Source: Trypethelium eluteriae
Taxonomy: Eukaryota
Reading direction: 5' to 3'
DNA: 32,590 nucleotides
NCBI GenBank assembly: GCA_051942245.1
Contig: JAVECL010000255.1
Span: 1-32,590 of the forward strand
Shown: in pieces, positions 1 through 10,784 of the stretch
Numbering within the stretch: the first letter of the stretch is position 1
Layout: each line of letters opens with the position of its first letter
Notes under the pieces: model-generated
The model's input: the letters and a program-made list of their open reading frames with translations, nothing else
Database searches by the model: none
Told to the model about the DNA's origin: nothing
Program-made: the position numbers and the translations under genes

Positions 1-140
1 CCTAGATCGCTCTATCCTGATCTGTAGTTTATCACCACTAATCAGTCACGTGACCTTTACTCGTTACGACCTGTCTGTGGAACGCTTGCAGCAAGTACAA
101 AGGAGATGGCGTTCAGCCTTGACGCGGCTGGGTCGTAACA
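1..140 (-). repeat. Partial LTR (third copy of the same Gypsy family, truncated by the window edge)
   Basis: 1-140 matches 7884-8023 with about 5 transitions and ends in the same ...GGGTCGTAACA terminus. It is in the same orientation as the two LTRs downstream. Confidence 0.95.
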
Positions 141-1289
141 GAATAAATAATATTTTTTATTATACAATTAGCTAATGCTTAGGGCTTTATTATTATATTA
201 TATAAAACTTAACATATTAATAAATTTATTATTAAGAACATATTATTAACCTAATTATGCAAGCTTTTATGTTTTTTTTAAAGGAGGATAAAAATCTTAT
301 GGAATTATATAATAAAAAAAAAAGCTATAAAAATTAAAATTAAGATAAAGATAAGGAAAATAATAAGAATAATAAATTAATTATACAAGCTATAAAAGCT
401 TAATTAAAAGATAAAATAAAGCAGAGAAAGTCTTAAAAAAAAGCAAAGAATATTTGTATAAAAATGGGTCCAATAAAAAAGCTTTATAATCTTGTTATTT
501 ATATTCAAAGTTTAATAAATTATATAACTTAGTTTATTAATTATGCCAAAAAGATAATTCCTTTTAATAATTATATATAATAAAATAGCTGGTTTATAAT
601 GCTAAGTATAACTTTTAAAGAACAAGTTAAGATAGGAGTTTAATAATATCTTAAATAATATAAAAAGGATTTTTATAAAGAGGATGTTCTTATAATAAAT
701 AAATAAAATTAGCTTTATATAATACGGGATTTTTTATTAAATTTTAAAAAAGAAATATAATAACTTTAAGGAGATTGAATAACTCTTAAATAAGTACTCT
801 TTATAATTAAGATTCTTAAAAATATTATTAATAATACCTTAAAAGCAGCTAAGCGTATAAAAGATAAAGCAATAATTAAATAATTAGATTATACACAAAA
901 GAAATATAAAAAGTATTATAAAAAGCTAAATAATTTTCCATATTATTTAGCAGCTTAAATCTTTAATCCAGAGTATTATATAGGCTTATTAAGAGATTTA
1001 GATACTTTATAACTTATTAAGGATAAAGAATAAAGAATTTAGTATGTATAAAAGCTTTAGGAGAGTTTTTGGGAGAATATTCCGACTTTAGCTTTAAGAG
1101 CAGCCTAAATTATCATCCAATCTTATATAAAGGATTTAAAATAACTCTCAAGCTTTTATAAAGCATGTTAATAGTATACTTATTAGCATGTTCATTTATA
1201 AAGTTAAGATTAGTTTAAAATATATATTAGAGAAACTCCAATATCCCTTAAAAATAGTAAAGATTATATAATATTATCATATTAGTGGT
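141..1289 (+). pseudogene. hAT transposase, central part (RIP-inactivated)
   Basis: Around 895-975 it reads 'KKYKKYYKKLNNFPYYLAA*IFNP', the RIP'd form of the hAT motif K-x2-KYY-x-KLD-x-SP-x-Y-x-AA-x-ILDP. The frame runs up to ...TAG TGG T at the insertion point. Confidence 0.8.
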
Positions 1290-1784
1290 TGTTATGAGCC
1301 TATACCCCCTAGTACAAGCACAGCTTGTAGCAGGTACGTAGAGTGGTCTCAGAGTTTTTCACGTAGGAGCGGAGTGTCAAGGATCCAATAATGTAAGAAG
1401 GGTCACTAAGCTTTGAACAACTTAATAATAAATAAGGTCTTGTTTAATTTAGCTCATAACTAACTGTAGGTACAGTTTTGGTATAATAATAAAATGTGAG
1501 GAAGTTAGTTAAGCTGGTTTCCTCCTACATATATATACTTGTGATCTTCTTAATCACAGCTGTTATCCTTCTAATTAGATCTTTATTAATCTTGGGTTAA
1601 TTATTACTAATTAGTGTGATAACCTGTAATCTGTAGGTAATCACCCTAGATCGCTTTATCCTAATCTATGGCTTATTATTACTAATTAGTTATGTGACTT
1701 TTACTTATTACAACCTATCTATGGGACGCTTATAATAAGTACAAAGGAGATGGCATTCAGCCTTAACGCGGCTGGGTTGTAATA
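1290..1784 (-). repeat. 3' LTR (495 bp)
   Basis: Runs TGTTATGAGCC...GGGTTGTAATA and is colinear with 7529-8023. The polypurine tract is adjacent. Confidence 0.95.
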
Positions 1785-1787
1785 TTA

Positions 1788-1801
1788 CCTCTCCCCTTTT
1801 T
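1788..1801 (-). other. Polypurine tract of the retrotransposon
   Basis: The minus strand reads AAAAAGGGGAGAGG, 3 nt before the 3' LTR. Confidence 0.85.
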
Positions 1802-1865
1802 AACTGTCAGCCTGACAGTTATTCTAGTGTGGTATATATAGCAGCTAATAATGTGTTTAATTATT

Positions 1866-2300
1866 ATGGCTTCCGCCTACATTCCTGCTTTTTCCATACT
1901 TTATTATTACTATCTTATTACTAAACTTTGTAAGGCTCTTATTATAATACATCCTTGCCGCAACTGCATGCATTAAAAATTAGATTACCATATTAATCCT
2001 AACTCCCAAAGATGTTTAGAATGTGTAAGGAGGAACTATCCTTATAATCTGGCCTTTTTTAAGGTTAACTTTAATAAAATTAATTATAAGATGAATTAGG
2101 TTTGGGATAAAATAATAAAATCCATAACTAAAATTAATTATTTGCAGAAATAATTAAAGTTTCTTTATAAGTATTAATAGTCCTTAGCTTTTAATAAGAC
2201 TTAAAATATTTTAGACCTTAAGTCTAAGGAAGGAAAACCTAAGGAGGTTGCTTTGCTTAAAAAGTAAAACCCTTTTTATACTATTCTTAAAATTGCGTGG
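1866..2300 (+). pseudogene. Antisense extra ORF of the retrotransposon with a Zn2Cys6-like cysteine pattern plus probable coiled coil (RIP'd; 3' end approximate)
   Basis: From ATG 1866 it reads ...PCRNCMH*KLDYHINPNSQRCLECVRRNYPYNLA.... Restoring TAC>TGC and TAT>TGT gives C-x2-C-x6-C-x8-C-x2-C-x6-C at 1956-2045. Confidence 0.7.
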
Positions 2301-2419
2301 GATATATTAATAAAGGAATTAACCTCCTTTTTTATTAATTCTTAACTTAATTAGATTCTTTTTAATAGTACATTTTCCTCCTTAAGTTTTAATATTATTA
2401 TATCTTTTTTTTATACTTA

Positions 2420-5400
2420 GCTAATGTGGTTCTTATTTCCTAAGTGTTTTCTAAATTTGGGTATTTTTTTTATTTTATTAAGTATTTTCTGCTTTTTTTT
2501 TGTAGGATTTTTTTTACTTTAAACTTATATTCCTCTTCTAATTTATAATTAAATATTTCTGTGTATAATATGCTTTTATTTATTAATTTTAATAGGGATA
2601 AATAAAACATTAGGTGGATTTAAGCATCCTGCAGAAGGTTTAACTTATAATTAACTTTATTTTTTTTTTTTTTAATAATAAATGGACTAACCTTTACTGC
2701 ACTAAGCTTCTTGTAAGGTCTTTTTATTTTTAAATTTTTTATAAGTAAATATACTTTATCCCCCTTCTTTAGTTAAGGTTTATTTACTTTTTTATTATTT
2801 TAAATTAAACTTTTATTTCTTTTATTAATATTTTTAGTTATTTTATTATGTATTAATTTTATTATTTTTCCACAATCTTCTCCTAATATTAATGTTATTC
2901 TAATAAGTATTAGCTAAATTAGTAATAATATATATTTTATTAGCCCTTAAATAAGCGCGAACTTTATTGTACTGGATTCTCTGGTGTTAATGCATAACTA
3001 TGCTATAAATAATAATAATACCTAATTATCTTATAGATTATTAATGTAGTGTCTTAAGAACTGTTCCAGTAATTAGTTTATTTATTTAGTCTATCTATTA
3101 GTCTCCTTGTAATACGCTATTAATAACTTAATTTTAGTCCCTAAGTTTGCTATTAATATTTGGAAGAATTTAGCTGTAAACTTTTTATCTCTATCCAATA
3201 TTATTAAGATAGGTAATCTGAAATATAATATTATTCTTTTAAAGAGTATTTATGCTGTTTTTTTTATCCCATATTTTTTATTAAATAAAATTAGTATTAT
3301 ATACTTTATTAGTCTGCATATTATTACATAAATTATTGTGTAAACTTCTTTAGTTACCGGGTGCTTTAACATAGGTAAGTCTGTAATAAAATCTATTATG
3401 ACCTGCTCCTAAGGCCTTATTGGTGCTTAAATTGGTTGGATGGTGCCTTTTTTTCTTTAGGTATTATGCTTATTTTTTTTGCAGTAATTACATTTTGCCA
3501 CATAACTTTAGATTTTCTATTTTATATTATTAAAAATGCAGTTTTAAGATATATTCTTAAATTTTTATGCAACTTTAGGATATCCATATTACAGTTTGTT
3601 ATAATATTTTTAAATATAATAATTAACTTTATTATTTAGAATCTATAATTTTTAAGTAATAATAAGGAACTATTTATTTTTATCTTCCAAGATGTTAAGA
3701 ATTAATCCAAACTTTTAGGAAATGCTTTTAAAAGTGCTATTATTCTTTTTTTTAAATACTGCTTAGTACACCTTTTTATTCCCTTAATAGTCTTCTTGTT
3801 AACTTAAAGTGTCTACTCTTTTATTTTTTTTTCTTAGTGCGTAATGTATGGTAAACTTGTATTATTTAAGGAGTTCTGCCCATCTAATTTATTTTTAATT
3901 TAACTGTTTTATTATTATAAATATTAACAGATTTTTGTGGTTAGTATAAATATCCAGTTTGGGTGTTCCTTTTATGTACACTCTTTAATACTCTATTGCT
4001 GCTATTATTATTAGCAATTCCTTATTATGGATATTATAATTTAGTTCAGCAGGAGTTATTTTTTTTAAGTAGTATCCTATTAATTTTTATTTCCTATTTA
4101 CCTATTATAATAAGTAAGCGCCTATTATAAAGTTTAAAGTATCTATTTTAAGCTTTAGTGGTAACTTTAGGTTGCAGATTATTAATTTTAGGTTTTTTTA
4201 TAATCGCTTTTTTAATAACTTTAAAGGCTCTTTTTTGTGGCTGTTCCTATTTAAATAATTGCTTACCCTTTATAAGGTCCATAAGTGGTTTTGCTTTTTT
4301 AGAATATTTGGGGATGAATTATTAATTAAAGTTTATAAATCCTAAAAAACTCTAAACCCCCTTAATATTTATTAGCCTTAGCTATATTAAGACTAATTAT
4401 ATCTTTTTTGGTTTTATTTAAATTTAATCTTTTTTTACCACATATCCTAAGAATGTTACTTATTTTTAGTAGAAAACACACTTCTTTAGTAATAATTTAA
4501 GATTCCTTTTTCTTAAATATTTTAATACTATCTTTACATATTTTATATGTTCTTCTTTTATTTTGGAATAAATCAGTATATTATTAAGATATACAATTAT
4601 AAAAATATCTAGATATAATTATAATACATTATTAATTTATTCTTAATAAGTTGTAGGTACGTTTATTAATCCAAATGGCATTACCAAGGATTTAAATAGT
4701 CCGTATTTTATTCTAAATGCAGTTTTTTATTCCTTACTTTCCTTTATGCGGATAAAATTGTAGGCATTTCTCTAATCTAATAATATAAATTATTTTGCTC
4801 TGGTTAGGCGGTCTCTTAATTCTGCTGTATTAAGTAATAGATACTTATTTTTAACCATAATAGCATTAAGTTTTTAGTAATTAATACATAATTGCAGTTT
4901 TCTATTCTTCTTAGGAATAAAAAATATAAAATATCCTGCTAAAGACTCTAACTTTTAAATAAATCCCTTTTTAAGGTTTTCTTTTAGCTATTCTTAAAGC
5001 ATCTTTAGTTTTTTTTATAACTGGGGATATAAAGGTCCAAAAGTGGGTTGCTTTCCTAACTCCAATTTTATTTTATAATCCCATAATTAGTGTAAAGGCA
5101 GTACTTCTTCTGCCCTCCCTTTCTTAAAAAGTAGCAAATACTCTTTATATTTAAGAGGTATTATTATAAGTTTAGCATCCTTATGCTCTGCATTATCCTT
5201 TAATTAACCTTCTACCTTTATTAAAGTATTAAATATGCTAAATCCAGTTTGTCCTTTTTGGTTATCCTTATTTATTAATATTAAAGCCACACCATAGCTT
5301 ATCCTTATCTTATCCCTAAAGCAATTCTCTGCTCCTTTAGGGTCCCATGCAATGCCGTATTTGCACCTAAAGAATGTAATTTCCCCTATTTCCTAATTAA

Positions 5401-7490
5401 TATCTGGGTTATAACTTTACAACTGTAATAATTTAAGTATAATATTATACCTAATTAAATTTATAATATTAAGTTGGATTTCCTTAGTGTGCCCTTGCGT
5501 AATTATAGAAATAAGTTTTATTTTAATATTTACTTATTCTTATTCTGCAAGTTATAATTTAATAGCTCTGTATAAATTATATAGCTTTTTTTTTTCCCTA
5601 GTATTAAGTCTAATCTTTTTAATAATTATTACTGCTATTATGTTTATTAATGCATTATTATTAATTATTACTTTAACCTACTGGTTTTTAATCTTAACCT
5701 TAATCTTAAACAATCTTATTATTATTTTATTAGGGGATGTTATATTACAACTTACTTATAACCCCTTTATAAAAAGTTGTTAATTTTTCCCTCTTCTTCT
5801 CTTATTTTTTTAGCAGTTTTATAGCACTTTTATTATTCCAGTTTTATATCTTTATAATTTAGGCAATATTTATAATAATTTAGGTTGTTGTATTAATATT
5901 TCGCATAATAGTCTGCTTGCTTTTAGCAGTGTTTAACACATATAATGCTAATATATTTTAGCCAGTTTGTTATTTTACACATAAATAGTTTATAGGGTGG
6001 TTTTGGACATAGTCCCTGTTAGGCTTAGCTCCTTCCCCAAGCTACATTACTGCCTAGTTTATGGTATGGGCATATTTCCTTTTCTCTGCAGAATCTTTTA
6101 TTAAGTAAGCTATAATTACTTTCCTGTTTTTGATAAAACTTGCAGTCTCTTATTCCACATGCTATAAAGTATTAGAGCTGGTATTATAGCTTCTTTTTAT
6201 TCTATTCCTTTGCCTATTAATACTTTGCATATGCATTGTTTTAATATTCCTCCTATTTAATCATCCAATTATAATCGGGATGTTATAAGAGTCTGTGGAC
6301 TTCTTTCTAATATCAGAAATTTCTTTGCTTTTAATCCCACATAATTAATAAAAGTTCAGGTTTCACACTTACATACGCCTTATAAATGTTATATTCTTAT
6401 AACAAACATTGTCCTAAGAGTTAATAGTCTGGGTAATCCTCTATTTTAAACACCAAATGTATGTAGTATTTATATCTCTCCTAAGTCACTTCTTCTCCTT
6501 GGATTGTGTACATGGGTGCTTATAAGTCCTTTTAGCTATTTACAGGGTTAGTAACTTCTTCTTATAAAGCACTTTCTTCCTCTGCATTAGATTTATTATT
6601 AATTATTTAATACTGGAAAATATTTAAGTTCCTAGTATTATTATTACTTATTAGTTTATTAATAATAATTTTATCTTCTCCTAAGTGGACTTAGGTTGCT
6701 ATATTAAATTCTTCTTTACAATCCACTTTATTCTTGGATTAACAGTTTCTTGCTATATGCCCTGGTTTTTTATAAGCATAGCATTTCCTCTTTATTTGGG
6801 CACCCTTTTCCTTCTTACTTTGCGCAAGGTTGGAGTACTAAACTCCTTTTATTAATTTACCATTATTACTGTGATGTTAAGTAGTCCCTTTAGTTCTTCC
6901 TGCTGGAATGTATAAAACTAATTGTTTTTTTATACGCCTTATGTAAAGTTTATTATCCAGTTTAATTAAGGTGTTAATAAGTTCTTATAACATATTAATA
7001 AAGCTGCTGTAGCGCATTAGCTTATCCTTAATATCATCCTTAAGTCCTCTTTAGTACATAAGTTGTAATGCTTTATTATTCTATTTTAATTTATTAGAAT
7101 ACTTTTGGAACTTAGCTACATAATCCGCTGTTAAAGTTTTTTATACTAAATTTTAAACTGCTCTCTCTGCTATTTTAACTTTATTAAAGATCCTAAAAAT
7201 TTATTTAAGCTTTTTTTTAAATTAAAGGAATCTTATAAAAAGACTGTTAGGGTCCTCCAAATTATTAAGATATAAAGTTAATTTGGGTTTTATCCAGTAT
7301 TGGGCCTATCCTTTTAAGTATAATAAGGCTACTAAAGTCTATTAATTATTTAGAATTTTTTTAAATAAGAAGTGGAGTTAGATTTAGCACAGCTATTCTT
7401 CTAACTTGCTTCTTTTCCTAAAGTACTTATTAGGTTATCCTACTTTGCCTTCCTTTAATAGGGCTTTGGTGCGGGACTCCAGCCGCAGAG
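2420..7490 (-). pseudogene. gag-pol (Zn knuckle, protease, RT, RNase H region, integrase, chromodomain), RIP-inactivated; ends approximate
   Basis: Zn knuckle CYAYKKPGHIARNC (~6740-6790). Protease VKVIINNNA = D(S)G (~5650-5685). RT LVMPFGLINVP (~4655-4690) and VYLNNILIYS = YLDD (~4565-4597). Integrase IIDFITDLP (~3375-3400), IILDRDKKF (~3180-3210) and ETNR*TK*IN*LLEQFLRHY = DGQTER (~3050-3110). Chromodomain EEEYKFKVKKIL...YPNLENT*E (~2435-2540). Confidence 0.93.
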
Positions 7491-7528
7491 TAAATTTTAA
7501 TTAACTTATCCTTAAGGGTGTTTTATTA

Positions 7529-8023
7529 TATTATAAGCTTATACCCCCTAATATAAGCATAGCTTATAGCAGGTATGTAAAGTGGTCTTAGAGTTTTTTA
7601 TATAAGAGCGGAGTGTTAAGGATTTAATAATATAAAAAGGGTTACTAAGCTTTAAACAACTTAATAATAAATAAGGTTTTATTTAATTTAGCTTATAACT
7701 AATTATAAGTATAATTTTAGTATAATAATAAAACGCAAGGAAGTTAGTTAAGCTGGTTTCCTCTTATATATATATACTTATAATCTTCTTGATTACAGCT
7801 GTTATCCTTTTAATCAGATCTCTACTAATCTTGGGTTAATCATTACTAATCAGTGTGATAACCCGTGATCTGTGGGTGATCACCCTAGATCACTTTATCC
7901 TGATCTGTGGCTTATCACCACTAATCAGTCACGTGACCTTTACTCGTTACGACCTGTCTGTGGGACGCTTGCAGCAAGTACAAAGGAGATGGCGTTCAGC
8001 CTTGACGCGGCTGGGTCGTAACA
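7529..8023 (-). repeat. 5' LTR (495 bp)
   Basis: Runs TATTATAAGCT (RIP'd TGTTACGAGCC)...GGGTCGTAACA and is followed by the TSD GTGGT. Confidence 0.95.
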
Positions 8024-8246
8024 GTGGTGGACTTTTCCTCCTTAATTATTAAAATTTTTATAACTTTTACAGCTTGCTATTAAGGTCTTGGCAATCCCAG
8101 GAATAAGTAATAAACTAAAGAGGGTTTTTTTAGGATCTTAATATTGTATTCCATAGGATTGTACAAAAACCTTTACATAAACTTTTAAAAAAACAGAATA
8201 TTTAAAGGATTGGAAAGATTATAATATCCTTAATACTTCTTTATAA
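8024..8246 (+). pseudogene. hAT transposase C-terminal dimerisation (hATC) domain (RIP-inactivated)
   Basis: Reads 'WW...LAIKVLAIPGISNKLKRVFLGS...TEYLKDW', which de-RIPs to WW...LAIEVLAIPGMSDEPERVFSGS...ECLKDW, the hATC consensus. Confidence 0.9.
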
Positions 8247-8585
8247 TCTTATTCTGTATAATAATTAGCTAAATATTTAAAGTTAAATAATCTTCTTTAC
8301 TTCTCACCAAAATTGTCTTCTTCACTTTTTACTAAAGCTATACGCGTACAGTACTTACTGATATTACTAACTAAATTAGGTATAGCACCGCACACACTTC
8401 TTATTATTCTTCTTCTTATGCCTGCGTAGCTACTCTCTTCTCTACACTATAAACCTTTCAGCAGACGTGGTATGTATTAATAAATAGCTTTTGTATGAAC
8501 AGAACTAACTTCTTTGAGTAAGTGCTATCCAAGACTGCATAGAGTTATCAAATATCAGTATTACTTTGTATAAGAAAAAAGAAAC

Positions 8586-9413
8586 ATGCTGATATTCTGT
8601 AGTAATAACTGTGATAATAGCAGCAGCAGTAATAATAGCAATAGCCAACGCCGCCACCACAATAATAACAGCAGCAGCAGAAGCAATATGTAAGTCTTTA
8701 TCATATAAGGAAGAAAAAAACTATAACTTATTCTTGTACAAAGGGCTGCTTTAAATTCAAGTCTTACCCCTACCAGCAGAGGAAGCCTCCCTTTAAACGC
8801 AACACTTAGCAAAAGGCTTATCTTTGCCTTGGAGGCAGTTACTGGGCCTTATGGGGGTCCCACACTGCTAGTAAGCGGTAATTAGCTGGCTGAGTTAATA
8901 AAGAGTAATAAGGGTTAGGCTCTCCAGGCTTTGCCTAGGCGGCTTATAGAGATTGTATAAGGGGGTCAGTGTATAATAGCTAATATTAATTATACATACT
9001 CCTTATATATTAACACAATCCTAATCCAGTTGCGTGGAGTGCAGCAAGTAACTCCCTATATAATGTGCTTAGCCTGTTTTAATTATAGGTTAAGAGTACC
9101 TTTCCCTAAATGCCGCTTTATTGTAAGGCATTTTAGGGATGCTTATATAAATTATAAATAGAATAACTGGGCTATAAGCAAAAAGGGCTGTTTATACAGT
9201 TATATTACTCCTACGCTAATCTTAACTGGTGCTGGTAGATTATTCTTAAGCTCTGCTAGGGCTTTTATTAATCCTCTTATACAGCCTACTGAGGTAGAAA
9301 AAGTGGACAAGCCTTTATACAATAAGAGTGTAAAAAAAGGAGAGAAAGGACATCCTCTTCTCTTGCTAAAGGGACCTAAGGAGACCCCAAATAATCCTCT
9401 CATCCTTAATTAA
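8586..9413 (+). pseudogene. DUF3716-like Cys-rich protein carried in the 3' part of the hAT element (RIP'd)
   Basis: In frame from ATG 8586. 9000-9200 reads SLYINTILIQLRG...PYIMC...PFPKCR...RHFRDAYINYK*NNW...GC, which de-RIPs to SYINAILIQSRG...PC-x2-C...PFPECR...GHFGDACxNCKW. Ends ...NPLILN* at 9413. Confidence 0.75.
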
Positions 9414-9630
9414 GGTTTGTATAAAATATTTTTTAACTCTTTATACAAATTTTAAATATCTAGTCTTATACTTAAGCTAAAATACTTTACCTTTATGTAA
9501 TGCTTGGGATCAGTAATTACTTACAATAATCATACAAAAGTAAGTAACAAAAGCAACAGAGATTTATTCATCTATTCTTTACTATTATTATTCGTACAGA
9601 AGAGAATGAGGTTGCTACTAATCTAGTGCG

Positions 9631-9722
9631 ACTATCGGCGCTATCGAGATAGCGCACCGATAACTATCGGCCGATAGCGCTGTTATCGGATAGCGGTATC
9701 GGACCTATCACGCCCAAGTCTG
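9631..9722. repeat. hAT right terminus: subterminal palindromic TATCG/CGATA array and terminal inverted repeat
   Basis: About 10 TATC/GATA half-sites within 80 bp, including GCGCTATC-ga-GATAGCGC (9638-9655) and the perfect palindrome CTATCGGCCGATAG (9664-9677). Ends ...CGCCCAAGTCTG at 9722. Confidence 0.75.
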
Positions 9723-10784
9723 AGTACCTGCGCTCATTGTCTCACAGCGGCAATTTTATCCTGCGCAACCTCCACTTTGCTCCTTGCTGCTAAGCATGCA
9801 CACGATTTCGAGCACGTTGGGGAGCGCTGAAAGTTACGTGGGAAATTTTTCCGTCTGGAGCTCAGAGCCTGGATCTTGATCGATTAAGTTATGTCGAACC
9901 TGAGACGAAAGTATAGATCGGTCGCTTGGCTTCGACTCTGGTGATTCCCCGTCGCTTGAGCCAGCCTCGACCTCGACGCCCAAGCCCGCCACCCGACCAG
10001 GTGTGGCGACAACAGCACGGTTCTCATGTTCTTTGAGTCAAAAATCATTGAATAGTCTTTCATAGCTGAGAGAGAACTACAGAGCTTTCAATCCGACTCG
10101 TCTACCTCATGGCTCGATATAGATATGGGATGCAGCAGAATGCCGTACGACTGTGACAGTAACGGTGCATGCATACTTCTGGCTTCTTTCGGCTTGTCAA
10201 AGCCACGCAATACTGGGCCCTCTTTGATGTACGGGAGACTTGCGGAACGCCGCCCGTTGGCTTACATGGCTTGATTGGTCTATGGCAACCGAGTATAAGC
10301 CCTGCAAGGTATATTATCGTGTCCCTTCTCGGCATTTTCAGGTCAGACATCTCATGCGCTTGCTTTGATTCCGATCAGCTTTGGATTATGCAATAATGTG
10401 TAGTTCTCATCGATTTGAGATTGCTCTAGGCGAATATCCAAGTTTGGCAGGCCGCTGGCCAGTTTTGAATGCCTGTTCCGTTGTTGCCGGTGTAGCGCCC
10501 ATCTTCATTGGTTGCCAAGGCATTCCTATCGGTATCAGAATTGCTCATGGCACTCGGCTTCCAGTGAGACTGCGCTCTGCATCAAGTGTCTCAAAGCTGG
10601 AGGATCTGACTTAACGAAGGAGGTCGCCATACGAAAGGTGGGATACGGCTGTCGTCAGGGGCGCAGTTGCGTTCATTTTTCCACTTCTGCACTTTCGATC
10701 AAAGCCATTTCAGGACCTGACCATCTAGTTTTCTCTTCGATATCAGTGGCACCCAGCGACCTTATGGTAACTTCTTGCCTTTGT

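Larger units (their letters stand above)
1290..8023 (-). mobile_element. Full-length Ty3/Gypsy LTR retrotransposon (chromovirus), RIP-inactivated
   Basis: Two 495-bp LTRs with TG...CA outer ends. 5-bp TSD GTGGT at 1285-1289 and 8024-8028. PPT present. Gag-PR-RT-IN-chromodomain order on the minus strand. Confidence 0.97.
1..9722. other. AT-rich region mutated by repeat-induced point mutation (RIP)
   Basis: Very AT-rich with abundant TpA and frequent in-frame TAA/TAG. Conserved motifs are altered by C>T/G>A transitions (e.g. RT YLDD read as YLNN). Differences between LTR copies are transitions. Composition returns to normal at about 9600-9720. Confidence 0.95.
141..9722 (+). mobile_element. 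hAT-superfamily DNA transposon relic, interrupted by the Gypsy insertion at 1290-8023; left end lies outside the window
   Basis: hAT transposase motifs lie on both sides of the Gypsy. A subterminal TATCG/CGATA repeat array occupies 9631-9710. The terminus reads 5'-CAGACTTGGGCG on the minus strand at 9722, and a CAG start is typical of hAT TIRs. Confidence 0.8.

Noticed and set aside
3436..5783. Short hydrophobic plus-strand ORFs (3436-3639, 5487-5783)
   Set aside because: They are antisense to RIP'd pol; the Ile/Leu/Phe richness follows from AT bias.
7855..8052. 65-aa ORF
   Set aside because: It lies in the LTR and crosses the insertion junction, with a non-ATG start.
8561..8812. Poly-Leu minus-strand ORF resembling a membrane peptide
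   Set aside because: It is the reverse complement of AAT/AGC triplet runs in the low-complexity start of the plus-strand DUF3716-like relic.
9631..9722. Possible CRISPR array or structured RNA
   Set aside because: No repeat-spacer periodicity, eukaryotic context, and better explained as a hAT subterminal array.
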